Positions 22,651 to 35,924 of a DNA stretch of 56,918 nt are shown here, piece after piece. The position numbers and the translations under genes were made by a program. Origin of the DNA: Malacoraja senta. Lineage: Eukaryota. The stretch is taken from positions 310,001 through 366,918 of the forward strand of contig JAXLNO010000260.1 in the NCBI GenBank assembly GCA_038087875.1. The letters are read 5' to 3'. The notes below the pieces were generated by a model. That model did no database searches, was not told where the DNA came from, and was given only the letters and a program-made list of their open reading frames with translations. Position 1 is the stretch's first letter, and every line of letters begins with the position of its first letter.

Positions 22651-22884
22651 CTGACTTTGAACCCTTGGCAGCCTCACTAACACTTAAACCTAAGTATCCT
22701 CCATCCTGCAACTGACCTCGAGTTTAGATTATTCCATGCCTCCAGCAAACAGTGTTCGAGATGGTTGTTTCATCGCATATTTGCTTCCCTTTATCATGGA
22801 AACTTTTAACTTGTTTGAAAGACAAGATTTGCTGCCACCAAGGTTCTGATATATCTGCAATAAACCAAGAGCACATAAGATACA

Positions 22885-23022
22885 GTATGGTGTAGAAACA
22901 AGGAAGTCTTGATGCTGGTTTACTAAAGATACACACAAAGTGCTGGAGTAAATCAGCGGGGCAGACAGCACCCCTGGAAAATAGGATGGGTGACATTTCG
23001 GGTCAGGACCCTTCTTTAGACA
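22885..23022 (-). mobile_element. Penelope terminus fragment
   Basis: Homologous to 20556-20660, with a degenerate hammerhead core (CTAAAGA...GAAA). Confidence 0.7.
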
Positions 23023-23159
23023 TTGTAATTTTTTAGTGTATATATATATTGTTTAACAGCTTCCTTCATCAAGAATACATTTTAAATCATGAAATCACAT
23101 CATCACCTCTTTCAGCTTAGATGTTACACTCACAATATATAATCTTCCATTTCAGTAAC

Positions 23160-23340
23160 ATGGTGTCAAGATAACAACTTCTTCCTCAATGTTTGCAAGA
23201 CAAAGGAGTTATTATTGACTTCAGGAAGTGAGTTGTGTACACAAGCCACTCACCATCAATGATGCAGAAGTGGAGATGGTCGAGAGCTTCAAGATCTGAG
23301 ACCTAAATATCATCAAAAACGTCTCCTGGGCCAACCACGT
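23160..23340 (+). mobile_element. Rex1/Babar RT fragment
   Basis: WCQDNNFFLNVCKTKELIIDFRK motif. Confidence 0.7.
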
Positions 23341-23469
23341 GTAATCTATTGAGAGATGTATAACTATGCAAGTTAAATGACTCAGTATGGTTTATTAAGC
23401 GAATTTTCAGTGATTTTAAACTGTATTTTTTTCAGGTAAATGATTGAATACCCGTATTACACATGTATA

Positions 23470-25520
23470 AACATAAAACTGTACAGAAACAGGCCCATCA
23501 GCCCATGATGTTTTTGCCAACAATGACGGCAATTTAAATTCTACATCTATTTACACATGATCTGTTTCCCTCCATTGCCTGTTGTTAATGAGTCTATCTA
23601 AATACCTCTTCAACATTGCTATCATGTCTACTTCCACGCACTTCCTGTGATAGTGCATTCCAGGCATCTCCATTCCCAGTGTAAAAACTGTCTTTATAAT
23701 TCTCTATTAAAATTCCCTCCTCCTACCTTAAAGCTAAGTCCTGAATTATTTGACATTTCTACCCTGAGAAAAAAACTCTACCTACCCTGTCTTTGGCCCT
23801 CATAATTGTATACACTGGTTTGGTTGTTGCTCAGCCTTCATAGCGCCAGATAAAACCATCTAAGTGCACCATCATCTTCTTATTAGCTGTAAATTTCTAA
23901 TCCAGCCAACATCCTGGTGAAGCTCATCTGTACCTTCTTCAAAACCTCCACATATGCATGTAATGTGGTGACCAGAACTGCATGCAACACTCCAAAGGTG
24001 GTCTAGACAAGTTTTATCCAGCTGCAATATGACTTTCCAATTTTTATACTCAGCACTAATGAAAGCAACCATGTTAAATTCCGTCAATACCACCCTCTCT
24101 ACTTGTGATGGCACTTTCAGGGAGCTATGGACATGTTCTCCAAGACTGTATGTACATCAATGCTCCAATTACTATCAACTTTCCTCTTACATTTGATCTC
24201 CCTAAGTGCAACATCTCATACTTGTACGGATTTTTTACCTTCTGCCATTTCTGTGCCAATATTTTAATTGGTCTATATTCTGCTGTCTCCTTTGACAACC
24301 TTCCTTGGCATCTCAACTCCACCAATATGTTGGTAATCTGCAAGCTTACTAAACAGCCCAACTACATTTTTACCCAAATCATTAACAAGTACCTCAAACA
24401 GCAGAGGTCTCAGCATTGAGCCTAGATGAACATCATGGTCACTGACTCGAGGCAAAATAACAGCCCTCCACCAGTGCCTATGGCGAAGCTAACTTTTGAA
24501 ATCTTGGCTAAAGCTTTACTAAAGTCCATGTATACAACATCCATAGCCCTCCCCTTATAAATTACATTCATCAATCACCATCACAAAATCAAAGACAAAA
24601 CCCTCTTTACACAAAACCATGCTATCTATCCCTAATAAGTAAAAGCATTTTTCAAATGTGAGCAGATCCTATCTTTAAAAATCTTCTCCAATGGGTTTGC
24701 CACCACTAATATCAGGCTCACTGGCCTCATCTCTTGGTTTGTCTCTATTGCTCTTCTAATACAAAGGAATTCTTCAGCTCTGTGGGACCTGGTCTGTGGC
24801 AGAAGAGGAGACAAAGATATCTATCAATGCCCCAGCAATCTCCTCTCTTGCTCTCAATAATCTGTGATAGACCCTTTGGCTTTCGGGATCTATCTACCTG
24901 AATATTCTTCTGGCTATCTAATACCTCCTCTAATTGATATTAACATTGCCTAGAATATCAATATATCACTTTATTATCTTGCTACTTTCCATAGCTTTAT
25001 CCTTGGTGGAAACCAATGCGTATTATTCATTTAGTACCTTGCTCCAGGCGGCATAACCTCACCTTAGTCCTTGTGTTAGAAGGAACTGCAGATGCTGATT
25101 TAAACCGAAGATAGACACAAAAAGCTGGAGTAACTCAGCGGAACAGGCACCATCTCTGGAGAGAAGGAATGGGTGACATTTTGGGTCGAGACCCTTCTTC
25201 AGGATGAAAGTCACGGGAATTACTTTCAGTCTGAAGAAGAGTCTCGACCCGAAACGTCACCCATTCCTTCTCTCCAGAGATGCTGCCTGTTCTGCTGAGT
25301 TACTCCAGCTTTTTATATTTATCTTCTCTCCTTAGACCTTGACTGGTTCTCCCCTCACCTGAGTTATCCTCTTGTTCTTAATGCATTATACAATTCCTTG
25401 GTATTTTCTTTGTCCTGCAGAGGACATATAACGGACATTTCCCTGTTTAAATTCTCTGCTAATTCATTTATATTTCTCAAATACCCTGTCCAATTTCAGC
25501 TTCCTAAACCTGAGATATTC
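23470..25520 (-). mobile_element. Old CR1 LINE (RT to 3' end), interrupted by a Penelope palindrome
   Basis: Minus-strand ORFs include LRPLLFEVLVNDL, SKLADY, KYEMLHLGRSN and RPVSLILVVAN. Confidence 0.7.
25074..25325. mobile_element. Palindromic mini-element of two inverted Penelope hammerhead termini
   Basis: Inverted arms at 25108-25211 and 25222-25325, with CTGAAGA at 25231 and GAAACGTC at 25251. Flanking direct repeats CTCWCCTTAGWCCTTG at 25058-25073 and 25326-25341. Confidence 0.8.
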
Positions 25521-25796
25521 ATAATGATCTGAAACAGATTTTTGACTATTATAAATACCGGCTGATCAACATGCTTAAGTACATCAAAACATAGTTTTGA
25601 ATGGAAAAAACAAAATTTAAAAAATCCATAGTATTACACCGCCCATTATTGTTGATTGAAGAACAAAATTTGAATCTTGTAGGAAATCAAGCTTTAATTT
25701 ATTAGTACAATTTTCGTTGTATTTTGGCTGCAATTATTTGAATGTACACATAGCAGCATTATTTTCATTAAGTTGTTCTTCGTTGTTAAAAGAAGA

Positions 25797-26260
25797 GCAT
25801 GGCTTTACATAGTTCCCTTTCATAACCTCAGGACATCCCAAAGTTTTTTTAAAGTCAATGGATTATTCTTGAAGTGTGTTCATTATTGTTTCATTGGCAA
25901 ACAGCAATAATGATGTCTGGCGAGTTAATCTGTATTTGATGATGTTAGTTGAAAGATATATGCTGGTTATGCCACTGAGAGGATATCTTCATTCTTCCTC
26001 AAACAACATCACAGGGTTTTTACATGAAGCTAGGCTGGCCAGTTAATCTGTATTTGATGATGTTAGTTGAAAGATATATGCTGATTATGCTGCTGAGAGG
26101 ATATCTTCATTCTTCCACAAACAGCATCACAGGATTTTTACATGAATCTAGGTAGGCCTTTGAAGTCTTAAGTTAACCCCTTATGTATAATAAAAACAAA
26201 ACTCCGATAATATAGCCCTTAAAATCAAACTCAAGTATCAAGCTGGAACCTACAACGCAG
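25797..26260 (-). mobile_element. Ancient DeuSINE (SacSINE1-like) remnant with an internal 118-bp tandem duplication
   Basis: CCTTTCATAACCTCAGGACATCCCAAAG...TTGAAGTGTG...AAACAGCAAT...AATCTGTATTT.ATGATGTTAGTTGA resembles the SacSINE1 antisense strand as I recall it. The repeat units are at 25917-26034 and 26035-26152. Confidence 0.55.
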
Positions 26261-26284
26261 AAGGCAGTAATAAAGAAATGATCC

Positions 26285-27330
26285 AGAATGTTGATGAGGC
26301 CATAGGCATGATCTATATGATCTTTATGGGCCATAGGCATGATCTATATGTACTTTAGCAAGACCTTGGGTAAGGTTCTGCATAGTTGGCTGCTCTGGAA
26401 GATTAGATTGCATGTGATCCAGGGAGAGCTATCCTACTGCAGGCAGAAAGTGCTGGAGTAATCCAACACTATGTGTGTTTTTTTGTAAACCAGGATCTGC
26501 AGTTTCCTGCATCACTAACTGGATACACAATCATCTGAATATTGGGAAAGAGGATGATGGTAGAAGGTTGCTTTTTGGACTGGATGCCTGTGACCAGTGG
26601 TGTGGCTCAGGGTTCAATGTTGTATTCATTGTTGACATAGATGATAATCTATGTCAACTATTTGGATGAGAATGTTCAAGGCATGATGAGCATGTTTTCA
26701 GATTACATTAAAATAGGTGGTATCATAGATAGTGAAATTGGTTAGCAAGAATTACAGCTGTACCTTGATTAGCTGAGTAAGTGGGCCTTAGAATGGCAAA
26801 TGGAATTTAATTCAGAAAAGGCGGCATGGTGGCACAGCGGTAGAGTTGCTGCCTTACAGCACCAGAGACCTGGGTTCGATCCTGACCTCGGGAGATTGTA
26901 CGTTCTCTCTGTGACTGGGCGGGTTTTCTCCGGGTGCTCCGGTTTCCTCCCACACTCCAAAGACATGGAGGTTTGTAGGTTAATTGGCTTGATATAATTA
27001 ATTGTAAATTGTCCCCTTGTGCAAAGAATAGCGTTAGTGTGCGGAGATCGCTGTTCGGCGCGGACTCAGTGGGTCAAAGGGCCTGTTTCTGTGCTGTATC
27101 TCTAAGCTAAGCCTGAGATGTTGCATTGTGGGAAGTCAACCAGGACAGGACCATCACAGTGAATGGTAGGGTCCGAAGATGTCTTTGAAGAGTAGGAGTA
27201 CAAGTACATATTTCCCTGAAAGTGGTGATACAGGTATTGCAGGATGGTGAGGCATGCTGGCCTTGATCAGTCAGAGAACTGAGTATAGAAGTTGGGAGGT
27301 CACGTTACTGTTGTACAATTGTTGATGCAG
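26285..27330 (+). mobile_element. Old CR1 RT fragment interrupted by a Penelope scrap (~26440-26510) and a SINE
   Basis: YMYFSKTLGKVLH (DFSKAFDKVPH-like) and LSKWALEWQMEFNSEK|MLHCGKS, with the second motif split by the SINE. Confidence 0.65.
26819..27112 (+). mobile_element. HE1/V-SINE-like SINE
   Basis: A box TGGCACAGCGG, B box GGTTCGATCC, V-like core and (CTAAG)n tail. Confidence 0.88.
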
Positions 27331-27348
27331 AAATTGAACTATTATATT

Positions 27349-29435
27349 CATAGAAACATAGAAACAAAGAAAATAGGTGCAGGAGTAGGCCATTCGGCCC
27401 TTCGAGCCTGCACCGCCATTCAATATGATCATGGCTGATCATCCAACTCAGTATCCTGTACCTGCCTTCTCTGCATATCCCCTGATCCCTTTAGCCACAA
27501 GGGCCACATCTAACCCTCTTAAATATAGCCAATGAACTGGCCTCAACTACCTTCTGTGGCAGAGAATTCCACAGATTCACCACTCTGTGTGTGAAAATGT
27601 TTTTTCGCATCTCGGTCCTAAAAGAATTCCCCCGTATCCTTAAACTGTGACCCCTTGTTCTGGACTTCCCCAACATCGGGAACAATCTTCCTGCATCTAG
27701 CCTGTCCAACCCCTTAAGAATGTTGTATGTTTCTATAAGATCCCCGCTCAATCTTCTAAATTCTAGCAAGTACAAGCCGAGTCTATCCAGTCTTTCTTCA
27801 TATGAAAGTCCTGACATCCCAGGAATCAGTCTGGTGAACCTTCTCTGTACTCCCTCTATGGCACGAATCTCACCAGGACCCTGTTCAACTGCAGTAGAAC
27901 CTCCCTGCTCCTATACTCAAATCCTTTTGCTATGAATGCTAACATACCATTCGCTTTCTTCACTGCCTGCTGCACCTGCATGCCTACTTTCAATGACTGG
28001 TGTACCATGACACCCAGGTCTCGTTGCATCTCCCCTTTTCCTAATCGGCCACCATTCAGGTAATAGTCTACTTTCCTGTTTTTGCCACCAAAGTGGATAA
28101 CCTCACATTTATCCACATTAAACTGCATCTGCCATGCATTTGCCCACTCACCCAACCTATCCAAGTCACCTTGCAGCCTCCTAGCATCCTCCTCGCAGCT
28201 AACACTGCCCCCCTGCTTCGTGTCATCCGCAAACTTGGAGATGTTGCATTCAATTCCCTCGTCCAGATCATTAATATATATTGTAAATAGCTGGGGTCCC
28301 AGCACTGAGCCTTGCAATACCCCACTAGTCACTGCCTGCCATTCTGAAAAGGACCCGTTTGCTCCTACTCTTTGTTTCTGGTCTGCCAGCCAGTTCTCTA
28401 TCCACATCAATACTGAACCCCCAATACCGTGTGCTTTAAGTTTGCATACTAATCTCTTATGTGGGACCTTGTCGAAGGCCTTCTGAAAGTCCAGATATAA
28501 CACATCCACTGGTTCTCCCTTATCCACTCTACTAGTTACATCCTTGAAAAATTCTATAAGATTCGTCAGACGTGATTTACCTTTCATAAACCCATGCTGA
28601 CTTTGTACAATGATTTTACCACTTTCCAAATGTGCTGCTATCCCATCTTTAATAACTGACTCTAGCATTTTCCCCACTACCGATGTTAGACTAATTGATC
28701 TGTAATTCCCCGTTTTCTCTCTCCCTCCCTTTTTAAAAAGTGGGGTTCCATTAGCTACCCTCCAATCCTCAGGAACTACTCCAGAATCTAAAGAGTTTTG
28801 AAAAATTATCACTAATGCATACATTATTTCTGGGGCTACTTCCTTAAGCACTCTGGGATGCAGCCTATCTGGCCCTGGGGATTTATCGACCTTTAATCCA
28901 TTCAATTTACCTAACACCACTTCCCGACTAACCTGGATTTCACTCAGTTCCTCCATCTCATTTGACCCCCGGTCCACTGCTATTTCCGGCAGATTATTCA
29001 TGTCATCCTTAGTGAAGACAGAACCAAAGTAGTTATTCAATTGGTCTGCCATGTCCTTATTCCCCATGATCAATTCACCTGTTTCTGAATGCAAGGGACC
29101 TACATTTGTTTTAACTAATCTTTTTCTCTTCACATATCTATAAAAACTTTTGCAGTCAGTTTTTATGTTCCCTGCCAGTTTTCTTTCATAATCTATTTTC
29201 CCTTTCCTAATTAAGCCCTTTGTCCTCCTCTGCTGGACTGAATTTCTCCCAGTCCTCTGGTAGGCTGCTTTTTCTGGCTAATTTGTATGCTTCATCTTTT
29301 GTTTTGATACTATCCCTGATTTCCCTTGTTTTCCATGGATGCACTACCTTCCCTGATTTATTCTTTTGCCAAACAGGGATGATCAATTGTTGTAGTTCAT
29401 CCATGCAGTCTTTAAATGCCTTCCATTGCATATCC
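27349..29435 (-). mobile_element. CR1 LINE, 5'-truncated, relatively young
   Basis: (CATAGAAA)n tail at 27349 and ORFs 29207..29467, 27856..29133 and 27491..27817. Confidence 0.93.
27856..29133 (-). pseudogene. CR1 ORF2 reverse transcriptase domain
   Basis: KSPGPD, YLDFQKAFDKVPH, QGSVLGP, SKFADDTK and KCEVIHFG motifs. Confidence 0.92.
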
Positions 29436-30135
29436 ATATCTAAGCCTTTTCCTTTCATAAGCCTCATCCACTAAGTTCTCTCAAGGCATTGTCAGTTCTA
29501 TAAAATACACTAACCGCTGAATAACTGACCATAACACTACATCAGACCTCAAACTAGTAGTAATTATTTCCTGAGGAACAACAAGCTTTCCTCCTAAATC
29601 TACCCACATCTCCCAATCATTGGCTCACCGTAACTGGCCTGACTCATACCTATCTGCAAACTTCCGTCCTCTACCTTTCTCTCCCTCACGGACAAAATTA
29701 ATTGCTGCACTCCCAATCCTGATGCCTACTGCATTTACCTGTACTCACCTCCTCTCAATTGCTGCCTCTATGCACTTCAATACCTGGTTATGCCACAAAG
29801 TATAGCGACCCTGAGAAAAACTAGTCTTTCATCCTGTCAAAATATGCTTCTATGTTGCCACCTCTGAACACAAGGGACACGCCGGGTCCCCACCTACTCA
29901 TTGTTTGAGGTTCTGCGGTGATGGCAGCACATCATAAATAGCCCTTATAAGGAAACTTACATGACCTGCCTCCATACACCATACGTCCCTCCAGGTAAAC
30001 CTCCTCTTTACACACTCTCCCAGTTTAACCACTGTCCCTGCTTAACCTGAGCTACTGCCCTTACACATCTCACTGCTTCCTCCTGACGACATACCTGCTC
30101 TGCAACCAATTTCCTCCTTCTGTTGGACCTGCTTA

Positions 30136-30345
30136 TGCCCCTGTCCCACTAAGGCAATTTTTTCAGTGATTACAGGTGACTAGGCTGTTTTCACATGGTC
30201 GCGGGGTGACGCCTTTATGGTCGTGAGTAGTCTCCTCAAGTCGCCCAAAGAGTCGTAAAGTTTTTCTGGTCGCCGCTGGAACTTGTAATGTTGAAAACTT
30301 TACGGCGACTGTGGGCTTGATGTTGCTTGTCTAATACACAGTTCC
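30136..30345. mobile_element. Harbinger-like MITE fragment (same family as 39797 and 40236)
   Basis: GCCCCTGTCCCACT terminus and the shared core GGTCGTGAGTAGTC..CAAAGAGTCGTA. Confidence 0.6.
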
Positions 30346-30349
30346 TGTG

Positions 30350-33300
30350 TATTGAAGGGTGGCTAATGTTATCCCAATTTTAAGAAAGTAGGGAGAGAGA
30401 AAGCAAGGAATTATAGACAGGTTAGCCTGACATCAGGGCCGGGGAAGATGCTGGAGTCGATTATTAAGGATGTAATAGCGGCGCATTTGGATAGCAGTAA
30501 TAGGATCGGTCCAAGTCAGCATAGGCTAATGGGACTGAAGGATGATAAATCCCCTGGGACTGATGGTCTGCATCCCAGGGTCCTCAGGGACGTGGCTCTA
30601 GAAATAGTGGACGCATTGGAGATCATTTTCCAATGTTCAATAGATTCAGGATCAGTTCCTGTGGATTGGAGAATAGCTAATGCTATCCCACTTTTCAAGA
30701 AAGGAGCGAGAGAGAAAACGGGGAATTACAGACCAGTTAGCCTGACTTCGGTGGTGGGAAAGATGCTGGCGTCAATTATTAAAGAGGTAATAATGGGGTA
30801 TTTGGATAGCAGTAAAAGGCTTAGTCCAAGTCAACATGGATTTATGAAAGGGAAATCATGCTTGACTAATCTTCTGGAATTTTTTGAGGATGTGACAAGT
30901 AAAATGGATGAAGGGGTGCCAGTGGATGTAGTGTATCTAGACTTTCAGAAAACCTTTGATAAGGTCCCGCACGGGAGACTGGTGACTAAAAGTAGAGCAC
31001 ATGGTATTGGGAGTAGGGTGTTGACATGGATAGAAAATTGGTTGGTAGACCAGAAGCAAAGAGTAGGAGTGAACGGGTCCTTTTCAGAATGGCAGGCAAT
31101 GGCGAGTGGAGTGCCGCAAGGCTCGGTGTTGGGGCCGCAACTGTTTACCATATATATTAATGATTTGGAAGAGGAATTAGGAGCAACACTAGCAAGTTTG
31201 CGGATGACACAAAGCTGGGTGGCAGTGTGAACTGTGAAGAGGATGTTAGGTGGTTGCAGGGTGACCTGGACAGGTTGTGTGAGTGGGCAGGCTTGGCAGA
31301 TGCAATATAATATAGATAAATGTGAGGTTATCCACTTTGGTGGCAAAAACAAGGGGGGCATATTATTATCTCAATGGGGTTAGGTTAGGTAAGGGGGAGG
31401 TACATCGAGACCTGGGCGTCCTTGTACACCGGTCACTGAAAGTTGATGTGCAGGTACAGCAGGCAGTGAAGAAAGCTAATGGAATGTTGGCCTTCATAAC
31501 AAGACGATTTCAGTATAGGAGTAAAGAGGTTCTTCTGCAGTTGTATAGCGCTCTGGTGAGACCACATCTGGAGTATGTGTACAGTTTTGGTCTCCTAAAT
31601 TGAGGAAGGACATCCTTGTGATTGAGGCAGTGCAGCGTAGGTTCACGAGATTGATCCCTGGGATGGCGGGACTGTCATATGAGGAAAGATTGAAAAGACT
31701 AGGCTTGTATTCTCTGGAGCTTAGAAGGACGAGGGGGATCATATAGAAACATATAAAATTATAAAAGGACTGGACAAGCTAGATGCAGGAAAAATGTTCC
31801 CAATGTTGGGCGAGTCCAGAACCAGGGGCCACAGTCTTAGAATAAAGGGGAGGTCATTTAAGACTGAGGTGATAAAAATATTTTTCACCCAGAGAGTTGT
31901 GAATTTATGGAATTCCCTGCCACAGAGGGCAGTGGAGGCCAAATCACTGGATGGATTTAAGAGAGAGATAGATAGAGCTCTAGGGGCAAGTGGAGTCAAG
32001 GGATATGTGCAGAAGGCAGGCACGGGTTATTGATAGGGGATGATCAGCCATGATCACAATGAATAGCGGTGCTGGCTCAAAGGGCCGAATGGCCTCCTCC
32101 TGCACTTATTTTGTATGTTTCTATGTATCTATGTTAGCATGGATTTACGATGGGGAAATCATACTTGACAAATCTTCTGGAATTTTTTGAGGATGTAACA
32201 AGTTAAATGGACAAGTGAGAGCCAGTGGATGTAGTGCACATGGACTTTCAGAATACCTTTGATAAGGTCCGACACATGAGATTAGTGGGTAAAATTAGAG
32301 CACATGGTATTGGGGGTAGGGGATTGACATGGATAGAAAATTGGTTGGTAGACAGGAAACAAAGATTAGGGGTTAATGGGTCCCTTTCAGACTGGCAGGC
32401 AGTGACTAATGGGGTGCAGCAAGGCTCGGTGCTGTGACCGCAGCTATTTACAACCTACATTAATGATTTAGATGAAGGAATTAAAAGTAACATTAGTAAA
32501 TTTGTAGATGACACAAAACTGGGTGGCAATGTGAACTGTGAAGAGGATGCTATGAGGATGCAGGGTGACTTGGACAGGTTGGGTGAGTGGGCGATTGCAT
32601 GGCAGATGCAGTGTAATGTGGATAAATGTAAAGTTACCCACTTTGGTGGCAAGAACAGGAAGGCAGATTATTATCTGAATGGTGTCAGGTTAGAAAAAGG
32701 GGAAGTACAACGAGGCCTCGGTGTCCTTGTACACCAGTCACTGAAAGTAAGCATGCAGGTACAGCAGGCAGTGAAGAAAGCTAATGGCATGTTGGCCTTC
32801 ATAACGAGAGGTTGGGTATAGGAGCAAAGAGGTCCTACTGCAGTTGTACTGGGCCCTGTTGAGACCTCACCTGAAGTATTGTGTGCAGTTTTGGTCTCCT
32901 AATTTGAGGAAGGACATTCTTGCTATTGAGGGAGTGCAGCGTAGGATCACAAGGTTAATTCCCAGGATGGCGAGACTGTCATATGTTGATAGAATGGAGC
33001 AACTGGGCTTGTATTCACTGGAATTTAGAAGGATGAGAGGGAATCTTATAGAAACATAGAAAATTATTAAGGGATTGGACACACTAGATGCAGGAAACAT
33101 GTTCCCTATGTTTGGGGAGTCCTGAACCAGGGACCACAGTTAAAGAATAAGGGGTAGGCCATTTAGAACTGAGATAAGGAAAAACTTTTTCACACAGAGT
33201 TGTGAATTTGTATAATTCTCTGCCTCAGAAGGCAGTGGAGGCCAATTCACTGGATGCATTCAAAAGAGAGTTAGATAGAGCTCTTAGGGCTAGCGGAATC

Positions 33301-33435
33301 AGGGGTTATGGGAAGAACGGGGTACTGATTGTGAATGATCAGCCATGATCACATTGAATGGCGGTGCTGGCTCGAAGGGCCGAATGGCCTACTCCTGCAC
33401 CTATTGTCCATGTATCTACTGTATCTATGTGTATG
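30350..33435 (+). mobile_element. CR1 LINE (outer copy: 30350-30522 plus 32141-33435)
   Basis: The reading frame IGPSQH|GFT.GKS resumes after the inner copy, and a tail lies at about 33410-33435. Confidence 0.85.
30523..32135 (+). mobile_element. CR1 LINE (inner copy) nested in a CR1 of the same orientation
   Basis: RT ORF 30448..31230 continues to a TATGTTTCTATGTATCTATG tail. AGCAT is repeated at 30518-30522 and 32136-32140. Confidence 0.85.
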
Positions 33436-33529
33436 TAGCACAATTTTAGGAGAGAAAATATGACAGATTGTTGCATAAATATCTACACATTATGGTTTGC
33501 AGTGGAACAATAAACAAAATGGTGATGTA

Positions 33530-34820
33530 TGGACAGAGTCCATGAGCTTACAGCATGGAAGCAAGCCCTTCGGCCCAACTTGTCCATTCCAAGCAAGATA
33601 TCCCATTAAAGCTAAACCCATTTATCTGCGTTTAGCCCATAATCCCTATAAACCTTTCTTATCCTGTCAAAATATCTTTTAAATGTTATTGTACCTGCCT
33701 CAACCACCTCTTCTGGCTGCTTGTTCCATCTACCAACAATCCTCTGGGTGAAAATATTGCCCCTCAGGTTCTTCCACTTTCACTTTAAACGTATCCCCTC
33801 TGATGCGTGATTCCCCTACCCTGAAAAATTACTCTGTGCCTTCATCCTATTTATTCTCCTTATAATTTTGTGCACTTCTATAAGATCACCCCTCAGCTTC
33901 TTGCACTCCAAGGAATAAAGTTCTAGCCATCCCAATTTCTCCCTATAGTTCAGGTGTTTGATTACTGGCAACACTTTTGTAATTCTTCTCTGCCCTTTAT
34001 CAAGCTTAACATCATCTTTCCCATAGCAAGGTGACCATTGGAAAATGATCACTAATGCATCCACAAATTCTAGAGCCACCTCCTTGAGTACCGTGGGATG
34101 CAGACCATCAGGCCCTGGGGATTTATCAGCCTTCAGTCCCATCAGTTTACCCAACACCATTTCCTGACTGTGAATTTCCTTCAGTTCCTCTGACACCCTA
34201 GGTCCTCTGCCCCCGAGTATATCTGGGAGATTGTTTGTGTCTTCCCTTGTGAAGACAGAACCAAAGTACCTCTTCAATTCATCTGCCATTTCCTTGTTCC
34301 CCATAATAAATTCATCTGTTTCTGTCTTCAAGGGACCCTCATTTGTCTTAACTATTGTTTTCCTCTTCACATACCTATAGAAGCTTTTACTTTCCTCCTT
34401 TATATTCTTGGCTAGCTTCCCTTCGTACTTCATCTTTTCTCCCCATCTGGCCTTTTTAGTTACCTTCTGTTGTTCTTTAAAAGTTTCCCAATCCTCCGGC
34501 TTCCCGCTCATCTTTGCTATGTTATAAGTCTTCTCTTTCATTTTTATACTGTCCTTGACTTCCCTTGTCAGCCACGGTCGCTTCTTACTCCCCTTAGAAT
34601 CTTTCTTCCTTTTTGGAATGAAATGAACTTGCATCTTCTGGATTATTCCCAGAAACACCCGCCATTGATGTTCCACCATCATCCCTGCTAGGGTCCCTTT
34701 CCATTTAACTTTGGCCAGCTCCTCCCTCATGCCTCCATTGTCCCCTTTGTTCAACTGCAATACTGACACTTCCGATTTCACCTTCACCCTCTCAAATTGT
34801 AGATCAAAACTTATCATATT
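33530..34820 (-). mobile_element. Two fused CR1 fragments (older 3' end 33530-34030; ORF2 middle 34030-34820)
   Basis: ORF 33816..34943 jumps from DALVIIFQ directly to WSPCYGKD, so the RT core is missing. Confidence 0.8.
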
Positions 34821-35129
34821 AACACACACCAGGCTACCAGCTAATTCACTTATTAGTACATTTTTTATTTTTATTATCCCCCAAAATCCCTCTGTGTGCT
34901 TTGAGATAAATCTTAAAACCACCATTTTGAATGAACCATTCATTACCTATTATTATCCATGTTTTAATGTGGTTTAATTTAATTTGATAATATTGTTGTT
35001 AACATGTAATAGTTTATTACCACAAGGCATTTTGTAGTTGATAACACTCATAAGCAGCATGTGCCTTTGCATTCCTTATTCAGTTATGCCTTTTTAAGCA
35101 TACCCTGAAGGCCAAATGTTGAGTTTCTC

Positions 35130-35560
35130 ATTCATTACTGGAATTTAGAAGGATGAGAGGTGATCTTATAGAAACATATACAATTATTAAGGAATTGGAC
35201 ACGCTAGATGCAGGAAACATGTTCCCGATGTTGGGGGAGTCCAAAACCAGGGGCCACAGTTTAAGAATAATGGGTAGGCCATTTAGAACTTAGATGAGGA
35301 AAAACTTTTTCACACAGAGAGTTGTGAATTTGTGGAATTCTCTGTCTCAGAAGGCAGTGGAGGCCGATTCATTGGATGCATTCAAAAGAGTGTTAGATAG
35401 AGCTCAGGGCTAGTGGAATCAAGGTGTATGGGGAGAATGCAGGAACGGGGTACTGATTGTGGATGATCAGCCATGATCACAATGAATGGCGGTGCTGGCT
35501 CGAAGTGCCGAATGGCCTACTCCTGCACCTATTGTCTATGTATCTATGTATCTATGTATT
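35130..35560 (+). mobile_element. CR1 3' end
   Basis: LEFRRMRGDLIETY motif and a (TCTATGTA)n tail. Confidence 0.88.
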
Positions 35561-35924
35561 ACAGTGCAATAAATTAATGAACTCTTTACATCTTGGGTAA
35601 TGCTGCAGAAACTCGTCACATCTCCAAACTAATCCCACTCCCAAACCTCAACTCCCCCTAAAAAGGTTGAGATCATCTACAAGACTGCTTTGTCTAGTGT
35701 ATTGGGAACATTTACAAGTTTTGCAGAATTCTGAAAGCAAACTGTCCCTGAGGAATAGTAGAAACAAACCAGACCTTTTGGACTGAGGTGCGTTGACTGA
35801 ATGTCAGCATCTGTGCAAATGGCTCGGGACATGATTATTTGGTCTGTATAATTGCATTAAAATAGTAACATTTTCTCTCCCTGCAATTGAAATCAAGCTT
35901 GATTTCAAACTTATCCAGTCTGAT

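Noticed and set aside
26819..26890. SINE heads as tRNA genes (also 21700-21768 and 43594-43670)
   Set aside because: They have A and B boxes but no full cloverleaf, and they continue into SINE bodies.
33816..34943. 375-aa ORF as an intact gene
   Set aside because: It is a chance in-frame fusion of two CR1 fragments plus flank, and it lacks the RT core.
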